Shown: positions 32,916-48,543, numbered from the stretch's first letter. The stretch: DNA of 64,000 nt from Eledone cirrhosa (GCA_964016885.1 OZ024746.1:54684001-54748000), one strand, 5' to 3'. The notes: a model not told the origin generated them from the sequence alone. A program made the numbers and translations.

Positions 32916-33683
32916 TCTATAATGCGAGTATTTTATCAACATCATCGTCAATACCATTATCATCATAATCATCATCATTATCAGGAACAGCAACAAAACT
33001 TCAAGAACTACAACATCAAAGAACTATTTTGAATATGTTCTTCATTAATCTGAAAATTCACATTTCTGTAACTAGACTCTAAAATTATATCCCCACCAGT
33101 ATATACATATATAATACTCCCTCTCTTTCTGCCTCTCTCCCTTTTCTTCTCCAATATTATTGTATTTCCCCCTAACATCCACTTCTCCCTATATCTATCA
33201 ATTTCTTTCTCTCTCTTGCACCTCTCTCTCTCTTTCCCAATGTTATTATCTTTTCCACTACCACCCCTTTTCCTCTCTCTCCATCCTCAATGATATTGCC
33301 TTTCATATCACCAGCTACTTCTACCCATTCTTCCCCAGGCTTATTACCTTTCCTACCACGTCTACATTCTTCCCTTGTTTCTTCACCCTAATATGTCCTC
33401 ACCCCTCCCCCTTTTCTACACCCTAATACTTTCACCAATCTCGCTAGTCATATGGTGTTCCACTACAGAGCCTGCCAATATTTCGACAAACGTAATAACT
33501 GAATATTTCCTCCACTATAATAAATCTGAAATATTTTTCAAAATTATTTCTTTACGGGTGACGAAAGTCATTTTTTTAATGAATAGCAAGAACATTAGAG
33601 AAAACACCGATTTCACTCTCATGTGAGTATGTACGATCGTACACACATATACATAAACATGCATACAATGTATACATACACAC

Positions 33684-33734
<51 letters not shown>

Positions 33735-33738
<4 letters not shown>

Positions 33739-33975
33739 AGGAGAGAGAGAAGAGAGAGAAAGTGAACAACAGAAAATATAACTACTCCAATGACAAAGGT
33801 TTCTGGATCGCAGACAATATTAATATACGTCTGGACTGGTCACCAGATTGTCTGGGATCCAGAAACCTTTGGTAATGGAGTAGTTATAATTTGTGTTGTT
33901 CACTTTCTAATTAAATAGCTCTGTTCTATACATAGAGCACTCTTTTTTCCTTTGCTTTTCCGTCGGAATTACCTA
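33735..33975. mobile_element. Family F-related head-to-head fragment
   Basis: arms 33757-33819 and 33847-33908; shares aaatagctctgt..catagagcactc with ~17962-17992; HHR 3' half GAAAcctttggTA. Confidence 0.7.
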
Positions 33976-34157
33976 ACGCACACACATACATATACATATA
34001 TATATATATAGTGAGGTGTTTCGTGTATTTCCTATATCATGTAATAATCACATATAGAGCAATACTCTTAGGAGGAGTTGTTAAAATTGTAATGTAACAT
34101 GAGGCAAGTACAAATGCCCACACGCAATGAGTCAACAGTTAATAGGTAGACATATTA

Positions 34158-34650
34158 GTTTCTGATTTAGGCACAAGGCCAACATAATAGCTAGAGACAC
34201 ATTGGTTTTTGATTAAGGCACAAGCCCAAAAGTATTGCGGATGGTGAAATCGAGTAAATCGACTCCAGTCCATTACTGTTGCTTTATTTTACAGATCCCG
34301 TAAGGATAAATGTCAAAGCTAACCCCGGCAGAATTTGAACTCAGATTGTAAAAAAACCGCACCTATATGTCATAAAGGATGTTCTCCGATGCTCCAAGGC
34401 CAATGCACCGCCCTAGTCAGTCAATATTAATATTTATTTCTGATTTAGACACAAGGCCATCATTTTCAGGGGAGTGGAACTTCGATTAAATCGCCACCAG
34501 TGCATCACTGGTGGTCTATTTTATCGACCTCGCAAGGATGAAAAACAAAGCTAACCTCGGCAGAATTTTAACCCAATCGTAAAGAACCTAAACTCTATTC
34601 CATAAAGCATATTGTTCGATGCTCCACCGATACTGCGAATCCACCACCAA
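34158..34650 (-). mobile_element. Older diverged SINE-A copies
   Basis: ggcacaaggcc..ggatgaaa..caaagctaacctcggcagaattt motifs. Confidence 0.75.
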
Positions 34651-35178
34651 GGTCAGTCTGTATTAATATTAAAATGAATAGCAACCTATTCCAGCAGAGG
34701 CTCTGTTTCGATTACAAAGTCAATCACGTCGGCGTTAAAAAATTATTCAGACTTTGTTACAGTTTTTTTAAAATCAGTTTTCTTAATTTGAAGTTATTAG
34801 CGGTGAAATTGTTTGAGAGTTAGGTAATTTCCCAACCACCATTCCTGCATTATGAATGGATCGACGTAATAACCGAAACAAATATTTCAAAGAGTGCTAT
34901 ATGCACATTGTAATTTTTCACTGATGAGAGTGATTTAGCTATGGAAACACATCACCACGTTAGGGTATTAGTTTTATTTGATTGCTAATGAGATACGTGA
35001 TTCCTCATTTACACACACGCACACACACACATTAGCGATTATCTTCTAACACTTCATTTTTAGTAACCACACAGCGGGGAGGCCTAACCCGTATTTTTGT
35101 ATATATATATATATATAAATAGACACACACACATATATATATCTATATATATATGTATATATATATATATATATTATA

Positions 35179-35217
<39 letters not shown>

Positions 35218-35239
35218 GTATATATATATAAATATGTAA

Positions 35240-35272
<33 letters not shown>

Positions 35273-35277
35273 TGTAA

Positions 35278-35308
<31 letters not shown>

Positions 35309-35311
35309 CAC

Positions 35312-35391
<80 letters not shown>

Positions 35392-35461
35392 GTATATATA
35401 TATTTATATATACATATATATATATATATATATACATATACACATATATATATATATGTAC

Positions 35462-35847
<386 letters not shown>

Positions 35848-35948
35848 ATATATATATATATATATGTATGTATACATATACATATATATATACATATATG
35901 TATATATATGTATATGTATATATATATATGTATATATATATATAAATA

Positions 35949-36004
<56 letters not shown>

Positions 36005-36006
36005 TG

Positions 36007-36045
<39 letters not shown>

Positions 36046-36062
36046 GTATATATATATGTATA

Positions 36063-36118
<56 letters not shown>

Positions 36119-36144
36119 AATATGTGTATATATACACATATTTA

Positions 36145-36205
<61 letters not shown>

Positions 36206-36210
36206 GTAAT

Positions 36211-36259
<49 letters not shown>

Positions 36260-36269
36260 ATATATACAA

Positions 36270-36325
<56 letters not shown>

Positions 36326-36341
36326 GTATATACATATATAC

Positions 36342-36426
<85 letters not shown>

Positions 36427-36738
36427 TACATATATACATATATACATATATATCTACATATATATATATACATATATATATATACATATAAATATATATA
36501 CATATATATATATACATATATATATTTACATATATATATAGACATATATATATATACATATATACATATATATATACATATATATGTATATATATATATG
36601 TATATATGTATACATGTATATATGTATATATGTATATATATATATATATGTATATATATATACATCTATTAATATATACATATATATATATACATATGTA
36701 TATATGTAAATATGTATATATATATATGTATATATATA

Positions 36739-37035
36739 TGGAGGAGGTTATAGTTCACTTGAAGCATTGTGTAATGAGGTATAAACGTTTGAATATGTGT
36801 AATAAGGCCAAAACAATGCAGGTATGGACATATAAAAAATAATGCAATAGTAAAAGAATTCGTCTTTCACCTTGAATTTATTTAAATGTCCTTAATTTCC
36901 GAAGAAGAGATATTATCTCGAAAATTAAGGACATTTAAATAAATTCAAGGTGAAAGACGAATTCTTTTACTATTGCATTCTTTTTTCTATGTCCATACCT
37001 GCATTGTTTTGGCCTTATTACACATATTCAAACGT

Positions 37036-37040
<5 letters not shown>
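36739..37040. mobile_element. Head-to-head TA-inserted fragment with ~119-bp arms
   Basis: 36780-36898 versus 36922-37040; spacer forms HHR-like ccgaaga-a-gaga/tctc-GAAA. Confidence 0.75.
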
Positions 37041-37066
<26 letters not shown>

Positions 37067-37125
37067 CATATATACATATATACATATATATATATACATA
37101 TATATATATACATATATATATATAC

Positions 37126-37162
<37 letters not shown>

Positions 37163-37343
37163 CATACATACATATATATACATATATATATACATATATA
37201 TATACATATATATATACATATATATATACATATATATACATATATATATACATATATATATATACATATATATATACATATATATATATACATATATATA
37301 TATACATATATATATACATATATATATACATATATATATATAC

Positions 37344-37375
<32 letters not shown>

Positions 37376-37465
37376 GCATATATATATACATATATATATA
37401 CATATATATGTGTACAAATATATATATATACAAATATATTTATATATACATATATATACATATAC

Positions 37466-37499
<34 letters not shown>

Positions 37500-37652
37500 G
37501 TATATATATATACTTGTATATATATATGTATATATATGTATATATATATATATATGTATTTGTATATATATATATATATATGTGTGTATATATATATATG
37601 TATATATATATATGTATATTTGTATATATATATATTTGTATATATATATATT

Positions 37653-37709
<57 letters not shown>

Positions 37710-37766
37710 ATATATATATGTATATATGTATATGTATATATGTATATATGTATATATATATATATG

Positions 37767-37798
<32 letters not shown>

Positions 37799-37811
37799 TA
37801 TACATGTATAT

Positions 37812-38231
37812 GAGAGTATTGAAGTTTGCTTGAAGCATTGTGGAACACTGAGTAAATATCTTTAAGTCGTTTGGAAGCCTCGACAATGCAAATGGGTAAA
37901 TCTCCGGGTAACAAGGCCCGGTGGTGGAGAGAGAGATGTAAGTGGGTGTACGTTGAGATGCGTGGTGTGTATAAGATGTGTGAGATGTGTAGAATGAAGG
38001 GAAGAGTATAAAGGATAAAAACAAGAATAACAACACAAGAGAGAGTTACCTTGTGTTGTTATGCTTATTTTTATACTTTATACTCTTCCCTTCTTTCTAC
38101 ACATCTCACATATCTTATACACACCACACATCTCAACGTACACCCACTTACATCTCTCTCTCCACCACCGGACCTTGTTACCCGGAGATTTAACCATTTG
38201 CATTGTCGAGTCTTCCATACGACTTAAAGAT
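37812..38231. mobile_element. Head-to-head TA-inserted fragment with ~180-bp arms
   Basis: 37857-38039 versus 38050-38231 with scattered mismatches; terminal cttgaagcattgtg shared with 36758. Confidence 0.75.
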
Positions 38232-38243
38232 ACATGTATATAT

Positions 38244-38341
<98 letters not shown>

Positions 38342-38565
38342 TATATAGACATATATAAACAGTGAAGCTCGGAGTGAGACGAAATGTTTTTAGAAATTAA
38401 AATAATCTCAAAGGCAGGAGAATACGAACTCCCGTTTCTAGTCGCGGCTGCTGTCCAATTTCCTGTCTATACAGGTACTTTTACACAACTTTCTAAAGCT
38501 GATTTCGCAGCTATTCACCTGCATTCGAAATTTTCTCACTCTCTCTCACTCACTCTCTTTCTCTC

Positions 38566-38666
<101 letters not shown>

Positions 38667-39327
38667 CGAGAGTGTTCACCTGCGTGTGTCTATATACACG
38701 TATATTTTCTCTCTACTCAATTTTCTTATCTTTCTTTACGTCCAAATATTTCCAACCGAACATTATATTTTTTCGCTGCACTATATCCCTCTACTACAAC
38801 AAACAATCTTCTCTCTTCTCTTTAACCAGCCAACACCACTTTTACATTCTCTCCACACATATTTTTGCTTCCAAGTTTATTGGCAATATAATTTTCTTTC
38901 CCTCTTTAAATTTCTTCACCCATTATGCAATATATATATATATATCTATGTATGTATACATTATAACAAATATAACTGTGTGCCTGTATGTGTGTATGTA
39001 TAGACATATATGTATGTATATATATATATATATTTATACACACATATTATTTTACAGTTTTGGACTCATGCCAAGGTTACAAGTTCGTTAGCATATCAGT
39101 GCTTATTGCCGTAATTTCGCTCCATTTGGCTGGCATTATTGTAAATAGAACACCATTATTATAAGAGATCAAAACAGAAATAAAACGAAAAAGGAAAAAA
39201 CTGTTTTTGTCCCATCTCTTTGGTTTTACTAATGGAAATTTTTTCTGGATACAGTCTTATATTTACATACATATACATACACGTACACGCACACACTCAC
39301 ACGCGCACACACACACACACACACACA

Positions 39328-39382
<55 letters not shown>

Positions 39383-39397
39383 GCGCGCGATCGCGCG

Positions 39398-39428
<31 letters not shown>

Positions 39429-39771
39429 CTGTATGTATATCTATATATATATATAAACGTATATACATATATATCAATATATTTTTGTATATCAATATAT
39501 TTTTGTTTATAAAACTCTGATGATTCCTGCCCCACGGTATGGATGAAACATTGTCAGCGAATAAAAATTGTATGAGTATGTAGGCGTTCTTTGATTTCTT
39601 TTACATATATATATATATTGCAATTGTTAGTTTTGGTGAAGAATATTACGTAACATTGCTGACAAAATCGCAATATATATATACATACATACATATACCT
39701 ATATACATATACATATACATACATACATATACCTATATACATATACATATACATATACATACATACATATA

Positions 39772-39855
<84 letters not shown>

Positions 39856-39856
<1 letters not shown>

Positions 39857-41250
39857 CGAAGGAAATGTGGTAAGGAACCAGGTAGACCATAACGCACCAA
39901 AGTACTCAATACTTGAGGTAGTAGAGTGGGTAATAGGAACCAGTAAGACCCCGACAGCTGAGCTCAAGCCGTTTCGACGGCTAATTCTGGACTAAATGAA
40001 AATTTATCCTGGTATTTAAATAGCCGATCTTCTCAAGGGGTAATTCCATATATGGTCAAAGTGATTGTCAAAAATCAGTAGTAATTCTGTGGTTGCAAAT
40101 TAGTAGGGGAGATGGTGGCTAAACCTGTCAGTAGGGGAAAGAGGGGAGGGGGTGGAGTAGACCCAATCAAGCGTTTGTAGTGCCAGCTACAGCTGGGCAT
40201 GAGGTCAAAGAAGATACAGGGGAGGGGGAGGGGGAGGAAGTCGGAACGGTAGGTAGAACAATGGGGGGTAGAAATATATAGGAAAGAAAAAATACTGAGA
40301 GTGAAGAAAAGCAAATAAGTGTAAAGAAAAACAAATGAGTGTAAAGAAAAAAGTAAAGTAAGTTAAATTCTACGACCTAGGTCTCTAGCTATTGTTATAA
40401 ATAAATGAATAAAGAAAGAAAGAAGTAAAGAAATAAATAAAGAAATAACGAAATAAGTAAAAGAACTAGGTGGGACGGGATAGGCGAGGACCCTTTTAAG
40501 AGGTATAAGTACGTAAATGATACGGTGACGGGTCAACAAAAGGGGCCAAAATACTAAAGAGACTACCACGAAATAAACAATAAAGGTTTCCATCCCGGGC
40601 ACAATTCCAGCAACCACCCAGTGCAGCAAAGTGAACTAATACGAGATAATAATTATGAGTCCCGAGAAAAATATATACTAATGCTAACTCTAAAAGATCT
40701 AAAACAAACTACATGAAAGTTCGTACGAAGTAAAGGTAGAATACGGAAAAATAAATTCAGAATCCACCCCGCCCAAAAGAAAAGCGAAGAAAGAAATACT
40801 GAAACGAAAAAATGAAGCATAAGTGCCACTAAGAAATATAGAGGGCACAGAGAATAGTGGGAGCGGTCGGAAAAAGGGGACAAGTATCCGGGGTCTAAAC
40901 CAACTGCTATAAAGGGCGGAGTCCGCCAAATCTATCCTAGACTAGGGGAGGGGGTGGGGGTACTAAGGCTATAACACTCCACTTGCCGATTTTGCAATGG
41001 GTAACCCCTGCTTGCCAAGGGAGACGTAAGATCTTCTTTGTATTCTTTTATCGCTTCCTTTATTTCCTTCCTTCCCCCCTCTCTCCTTAGTCCTTCTACC
41101 CCAGCTCTTCTCCTTTGTCGGCGTCTTTTCTCGCCCACCCGAGGCTGCCCTTTGGCCCCTTGTAGATTGACAGTAGATTGGACAGGGGTCGGGTCTATAA
41201 CATTTTTATAGATTCTGAGCCACCCATCTGTGAAACGCTGATAGCTAGAC
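39856..41250 (-). mobile_element. Longest family B copy, non-coding (non-autonomous PLE-like)
   Basis: 3' end matches 7920-8045 and 31723-31865; TA-flanked; no RT motifs seen; 5' boundary uncertain. Confidence 0.6.
39948..40041 (-). ncRNA. Type I hammerhead with U3-A8 core variant
   Basis: minus: acccc-TTGAGAA-gatcggcta...tagccgtc-GAAA-cggct.tgagctc.agctg-TC-ggggt. Confidence 0.75.
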
Positions 41251-41252
41251 AG

Positions 41253-41305
<53 letters not shown>

Positions 41306-41307
<2 letters not shown>

Positions 41308-41490
41308 CGTTTCTGAATTTGTTTAGCAAGATTCTTTATCTGAAATCGTGTGTTGAAACCGATATTGTTATACTTTGGGAGGGTCATGTTGCCAATAAGA
41401 AACACACGCACCAGTTGCTTTCACTTCAATTTAATTTATTATATATTTATAAATTTACAAATTTATAAATTTCTGGTTGGTTGGTTGGTT
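41306..41490 (-). mobile_element. Family I 3' fragment
   Basis: near-identical reverse complement of 43708-43890. Confidence 0.8.
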
Positions 41491-41520
41491 CCAAAACCAG
41501 ATAGTTGTTTATATATATAT

Positions 41521-41565
41521 AGTCATAGTTCTTTCGTCACATACTCTGTGACCTCTTCAGTGACT
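41521..41565 (-). ncRNA. Minimal type I hammerhead at the PLE 3' terminus
   Basis: minus: agtca-CTGAAGA-g-gtcaca.gagta.tgtgac-GAAA-gaac-TA-tgact followed by (AT)n. Confidence 0.75.
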
Positions 41566-42170
41566 GGGGATTTCTTTCTTCGTTTCTGTGCCTTTCCTTT
41601 CTTCTATCCTACGCCATTTTGTTTGTGTGTGGGTTGCGTGCTCAGTTTGCGCATGCGCCACATCCGGGTGTCTGTGTGTGTTTGTGTTCATTTTTCTATT
41701 TTTCTATTTATATTTGTTTGTTTATTTATTTATTTATTGTTGGTTGGTTGTTTGTTCTATGTGTGTGTGTGTTTTCATTTTGTCTTGTGTGTGTTTTCAT
41801 TTTGTGTGTGTTTTCAATTGTAAGTTGTTTGTTCTATGTGTGTGTGTGTGTTTTCATTTTGTCCTTAATTGTAAGTTGTGATGTTGCTGTTCCACTCATA
41901 TTTTCTATTTAATTTTGGTTTTAATTCTTTTATGCTTACTGCCTCTGTAATTTGCCTAAACATTGCGTCTTTCTTGTGTGTGGATTCTATTTTTATTTCT
42001 ATGCTCTCTAATTTACCCCTGTATTCTATCTTAGCATGTTGGTAGAGCACAGATGATTCTTTACTATCTTGGAGGTCTCGCCAGTGTTCATTTATTCGTT
42101 CCCCTATACTACGAGCTGTCTCACCTATGTACACTATATTTTTGTTTCTACATTGTCCTTCAGTACATCT
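41521..42170 (-). pseudogene. PLE 3' end: GIY-YIG endonuclease half, 3' UTR and terminal HHR
   Basis: ORF 41865-42134 YIGETARSIGERINEH..RQITEAVSI..LNRKYEW. Confidence 0.88.
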
Positions 42171-42364
42171 TATTATATGTGTTGGTATGTATATTTAATC
42201 TTGATAGTTTGTATAATTTTGTATAATTTTGTACATAGATCTGTTGAATATGCATGCCAATTCTAACACATATATATCCTAGAAACGATCGTTAAATAAT
42301 GAACTTTTTTTGTTTAATATAAGGAATAGTCTCATTGTTTATTCATTATTTGTTTAATATTTTA

Positions 42365-42482
<118 letters not shown>

Positions 42483-42570
42483 GTAATAATAATAAAATTG
42501 AAGACTAAAATCCAAAGAGGGCTCGATAAGGAAAATATATATCAAATATATAAGACCCGTAGAGCAAATA

Positions 42571-43554
42571 TTTATTAAAATAACAGATTAAAGTTTAAGC
42601 AAAGAATCGCTGCTTTCACCCTTAACGGGATCTTCTGAAACTAACAAAGTCAATCTGTAAACGCAGAACTGGATATTTCAAAAAACGTTGCAACCGGAGG
42701 AAGACAGAAGACGATACTTTGGTTCGTGGTAACGTTCGCTGGCAAATAACGGGAAAAAAACGAATAATACGTCATTAATAGGAGCGGTGAAAAACAATTA
42801 CGCGCAAAGACAGAACCACGTTTATGGTATAAAAGAGGTCGTAGACTAATGTTCTCTTAGGTGGTGCATAGATACGTTCTCTGGCAATGAACGAAAAAAC
42901 GAAGATAATAAGTCAAATGTGGAGCGTGGAGAACAATAGCCCGCAAAGACAAAATCACGTAAATGGTAAGCAGAAGTCGTAGACTAAAATTCTATGGTAA
43001 GGTTTTGCGTATGCTTGTGTATGTACGTCTCTGTTTGCGTGTATGTATTTATTTGTTTCTATTACTTCTGTATTATATTTATTTACTTTGTTCTTAACTC
43101 TGTAGCGGAGATTCATTTGGTCTCCTAGTTAGAATTTTAGTCTACAACTTCTGCTATACCATTTACGTGATTTTGTCTTTGCGTGCTATTGTTCTCCACG
43201 CTCCACATTTGACTTATTATCTTCGTGTTTTCGTTCATTGCCAGAGAACGTCTCTATGCACCACCTAAGAGAACATTAGTCTACGACCTCTTTTATACCA
43301 TAAACGTGGTTCTGTCTTTGCGCGTAATTGTTTTTCACCGCTCCTATTAATGACGTATTATTCGTTTTTTCCCGTTCTTTGCCAGCGAACGTTACCACGA
43401 ACCAAAGTATCGTCTTCCTGTCTTCCTCCGGTTGCAACGTTTTTTGAAATATCCAGTTCTGCGTTTACAGATTGACTTTGTTAGTTTCAGAAGATCCCGT
43501 TAAGGGTGAAAGCAGCGATTCTTTGCTTAAACTTTAATCTGTTATTTTAATAAA
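42571..43554. mobile_element. Family E inverted duplication, ~425-bp arms, ~135-bp spacer
   Basis: 42571-42995 versus 43130-43554 with few mismatches; internal diverged ~140-bp tandem unit in each arm. Confidence 0.85.
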
Positions 43555-43557
43555 ATT

Positions 43558-43589
<32 letters not shown>

Positions 43590-43612
43590 TATATATATAA
43601 ATATATATATAT

Positions 43613-43891
43613 ATTGTTATACTTTGGGAGGGTCATGTTGCCAATAAGAAACACACGCACCAGTTGCTTTCACTTCAATTTAATTTAATATATATTTATA
43701 AATTTACAACCAACCAACCAACCAGAAATTTATAAATTTGTAAATTTATAAATATATATTAAATTAAATTGAAGTGAAAGCAACTGGTGCGTGTGTTTCT
43801 TATTGGCAACATGACCCTCCCAAAGTATAACAATATCGGTTTCAACACACGATTTCAGATAAAGAATCTTGCTAAACAAATTCAGAAACGA
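43613..43891. mobile_element. Family I head-to-head fragment
   Basis: 43613-43709 inverted at ~43738-43836. Confidence 0.8.
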
Positions 43892-43902
43892 TATATATAT
43901 AT

Positions 43903-44070
<168 letters not shown>

Positions 44071-44541
44071 TGGGGTGCTGAGAGGAGAGAGACCACTATT
44101 CATGCGAGTACACAATGCATAGGGAGATGCCAATTGTGTATAGAGATACGTAAAATCCCGACCGCGGCGACATGCGCTTTTGTTGTGTGATGAGAAAGGA
44201 ACACTTGCTGAACAATTAAGCCGAAACTGCCTGGTACCGCGAACTGGATATATATATGTATATATTTGAAAAGTGATGTAAGCGTCTATACAAAAAAGTG
44301 GTTATAGAGAAAAGGTGAAATTGGAAATAGCACTGAAAATACATTTAATTTTCTGTTTTTCTTCCATTTTTTTCCTTTCTTTGATTCAGCAAAGTGACAT
44401 TATTGAAAAAATGAGCGGGACAATTCTTTTAAAAAAGACTTTTATAATGTATATAAAGTATATAATATATTTATATATATAAGTATGTACACGTACATAC
44501 ATATATGTATACAGACGTACAGTAGTATATATATATATATA

Positions 44542-44782
44542 TAGATAATTTAATATATCTACTAACATAAGCGCACAGATGTACGCCAATGCCAGCAAAT
44601 ACACAGGTTATGTCATAGTACCTAGGTGGTTCGATGGAGGAGAATGCAGAACAATAATATAAAAGACGTAAAATAAGAAAATTTTTAAAAAAAATAAAAA
44701 AAAAAAATTAACTTACTTACTTAAATTTGTAAGTAAGTTAATTTTTAAAAAAAATTTTTTTAAAAAATTTTCTTATTTTACG

Positions 44783-44788
<6 letters not shown>
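44542..44788. mobile_element. Family D head-to-head fragment
   Basis: matches 1308-1490; fold-back near 44725. Confidence 0.75.
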
Positions 44789-44852
<64 letters not shown>

Positions 44853-45094
44853 GTATGGATTCACCGAACATTTATTATAATGCTCGGTGTGTTTGTAAAA
44901 AAACAAACATCGTTGCTCGTTTGTTCAACACTGACAAAGGAACGCTGTACTAGTTTCAAGCTTATTAGCGATCGTCAGCAACGTGTACCTTCCTGCCAGA
45001 TTGTTGAACGTATATACTTACCTTATGCATATTAATGGCTGAGTAGCCCAATTTGCATCTAACCCTAACCCACTCGATATGCAAATTGGGATAC

Positions 45095-45450
45095 TGTGTT
45101 TTTCGATGAAAAACACAGGAAAACAGAGTCAAGATAAATTAATAAAACCAATGAATAAAAACAAAGAAACAGTTCCTTATATTAAAAAAATCATCATTTT
45201 ACGATCGTTTCTCGGATATATATGTGTGTGTTGGTATGTATATCATATAGATCTATGTGAATTAATTATTTCTGAAGACACCATATATATGTGTAGGTAT
45301 GTATATTCCCTCTGATATTTTGTAAAACTTTACATAGATCTATATGATATACATACCAACACACACATATATATCCTAGAAACGATCGTAAAATGATGAA
45401 TTTTTTAATATAAGGAACTTGTTCTTTGTTTTTATTCATTGGTTTTATTA

Positions 45451-45455
<5 letters not shown>
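45095..45455. mobile_element. Family C head-to-head fragment containing a long-stem-II HHR (45265-45397, +)
   Basis: attattt-CTGAAGA...GAAA-cgatcg-TA-aaatgat; arms 45136-45258 and ~45331-45455. Confidence 0.75.
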
Positions 45456-45490
<35 letters not shown>

Positions 45491-47300
45491 CACGAAATAT
45501 ATAACAGGAAAACCACGTACATATACGGCCGTTTTCTACTCAATTTCCTTCTACCAATTTTCACTCACAAAACATTCTTTAACAGTGTCTTATAGTAGAA
45601 GATATTCATCAATGTACATTGGTGTGGAAACGAAACCGTAACTATCTTGTTCTCCAGCGAACTCCTTTATTACAGAACCATGACTGATCCAAACTTATAA
45701 ACTTTCCTGCTAATCTATGTTTAAAAAGGTTTTTTTTTCTTCTAATATCTAACTGACGTATGTAAATTGGCCAACTGCTGAATTCCAATCTGTAAGATAG
45801 ATATAAGTAGTGGAAATATACGTTGAAAAGTAACAGGTAAATAGTCGCAAAAATCACTATCTTTTGAATGTTAACTCATTTCAGGTATTTTGACATAAAG
45901 TGAAAAATGAATTATGCATTATTTCAAGAAAGAGTCATTATACGTCGTAAACTATTTGTCATATCATTAGGAACGAATTTGGGTATTTATAGAATTGACT
46001 AAATAGGCGTCGAACTGCTATAGTCGGCAGTGTGTGTGTGTGGGGTGGTGGGGTGGGGGTGGGGGTTGGGGGTTAAATAGCTAGGTATTTATTTGTAGAG
46101 TTTATTTGGGTTCACATCCCATCGAGGTCATCTTGGCTTTTCGATGCTTGCGGAAAAAGGAGTTGATCTCTGAGAATGAACTGAGCTGGATCAGTTTCCG
46201 TAAAGCACCACCGACGACACTTTGACTATTGCACAGCTTTTGGACTGGTACAATATTTCAATATTTTATTGATCTCAGAAAGATGAATAGCAAATTTGAC
46301 CGACAGTAAGGTGGGACAAATATTGAGGTATTGAATTCAATGACGTTGCAAGCCGGTGCTAGTGTGCCACGTCAGGACAGGCGTTGGCAGTATAACCAGG
46401 TAAAAAGTAACTCCATTCTTTATGAAATCTGTAGTTTACCAACCATAGACCATGATGCACACTGCGGTTCGAAGTCATTACCATTAGAACTAATATAGAT
46501 ATATAATTAAACAACTAATTTTACTGGGATGTAACTAGAATTTAACGAATGAGACATAATCCTAATGTGTCCCACACGGATACATAGAGCGAATTGCCAG
46601 AGTCGTTAGAACGTCGGATAGAATAGTTTATAGTATTCGTTCCGGGTCACTGAGTTCAAATCTCACCGAGTTCAGAATTGCCTTTCATACTTTCGAGGTC
46701 GCTAAAAAAGTACCAGTCTAGAGCTGGGATCGATTTTTCCTCTCTCTTGAAGAAATCTGCTGTACTCAGGCCTGGAGAAGGATGGACTCTGCCAGGATTA
46801 AAATGCCCAAGAACCGCCAAATGTGAACACGATGTCTCTACGATTCTATCAGGAGTTACGGGACCATACATATATACAGATCGAGGCAGTTGCGATCTCA
46901 GAAATTTGCGATGTCAGAAATTAAACAGAAGATACTAAAATACCTGGCAGGCATTTTATCCAAAACATATATGCTTTAGCATTACTGGCAAAAATCATTA
47001 AGTCGCCCCCCCCCCCCCCCCCCCCACACACACAAACCTACTACCAACAAGAACACCAACACCAGGAGAGTCATTAGTACGAGCAACAAGAACAACATCA
47101 GCATGAACTACAACAGTTTCACCTTTCAATAATGGTAATATTGGGAGAAATGATATCTAGATAATGAAGTTACTTCTGTTCCGGATAAATAGACACGCAG
47201 ACACATACACATGTGCACACACAAAAGCATACACACACATACACATGCATACACAGACACACAGACACACACATATATATACATATATATATATGTATAT

Positions 47301-47337
<37 letters not shown>

Positions 47338-47443
47338 GTTATATATATATTTATATATATATTTATATATATCTATACACACACTGACACGCACACACAC
47401 GCACACACACACACATATATATACACACTGACATACACACACA

Positions 47444-47497
<54 letters not shown>

Positions 47498-47594
47498 GTT
47501 ATATATATATTTATATATATATTTATACATATCTATACACACACTGACACGCACACACACACACATATATATACACACTGACATGCACACACAA

Positions 47595-47663
<69 letters not shown>

Positions 47664-47881
47664 ATCACAGATAGATAGGTAGATGAATAGGCAGACAGAT
47701 AGACAGACTGACAAATTCATCTATAGATACATAGATAGACATAGATAAATATAAGTGATAGAGACAGGGGTGAGAAGAGGGATGGTGGGAGTGCTGAGGT
47801 GATTGGGTAGGAATTATCTAGTCGGGTTAATTTACTTCACATAAATATATCTATTCAGACTATTTCAGAAAACCATAACCA

Positions 47882-47882
<1 letters not shown>

Positions 47883-47912
<30 letters not shown>

Positions 47913-47931
47913 CTTCTTCTTCTTCTTCTTC
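47883..47931. repeat. (CTT)n microsatellite
   Basis: direct reading. Confidence 0.95.
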
Positions 47932-48543
47932 GTTTTTGTATTTATTTTTGTATTTTCGCATATTTTGCTTATTTTCTTTATTTTTCTCTTTCTTTTCATG
48001 ATATTTATGTTAGGTTTTGTTTTTATTGTATACTTATATATGTATCTGTTCTTCCATTCATTTGATCTGGCAAAAATGAAGATATTTGTAATTAGGGGGG
48101 CTCCCCTCTATCGAACACAGCACACCATCAACCTCTCCAACACATACTCATTCCACACTTAACTGGTTCTAATCTAGAATAATTGACACAGAAAATTTTT
48201 AATCAAAATGATTGACTTGGTAGAAAATATATTCCTTTTGATACATCCCAGTAGCAGCATATAGATATTTATTTTTTGTACTTTTCCCCTGAAGTTACAC
48301 ACACATACATATATACATACGTACATACGTACATACGTACATACATACATACATACTTACATACGTACGTACATACATACATACACACATACTTACATAC
48401 GTACGTAACTACATATACCTGCATACATACCTATATGGGCTTACGTAAGCACACACACACACGTATATATATACATTTATATATATATATATATGTATAT
48501 ATATGTATATATATGAATATATATGTATATATATATGTATATA

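Noticed and set aside
34915-34955. ctgatgag...gaaac hammerhead candidate
   Set aside because: Stems I and II do not pair
43480-43525. Hammerhead-like cagaaga-tcccgttaagggt-GAAA in family E
   Set aside because: U4 is A in all three copies and there is no clear UH site or stem I; at most a relic
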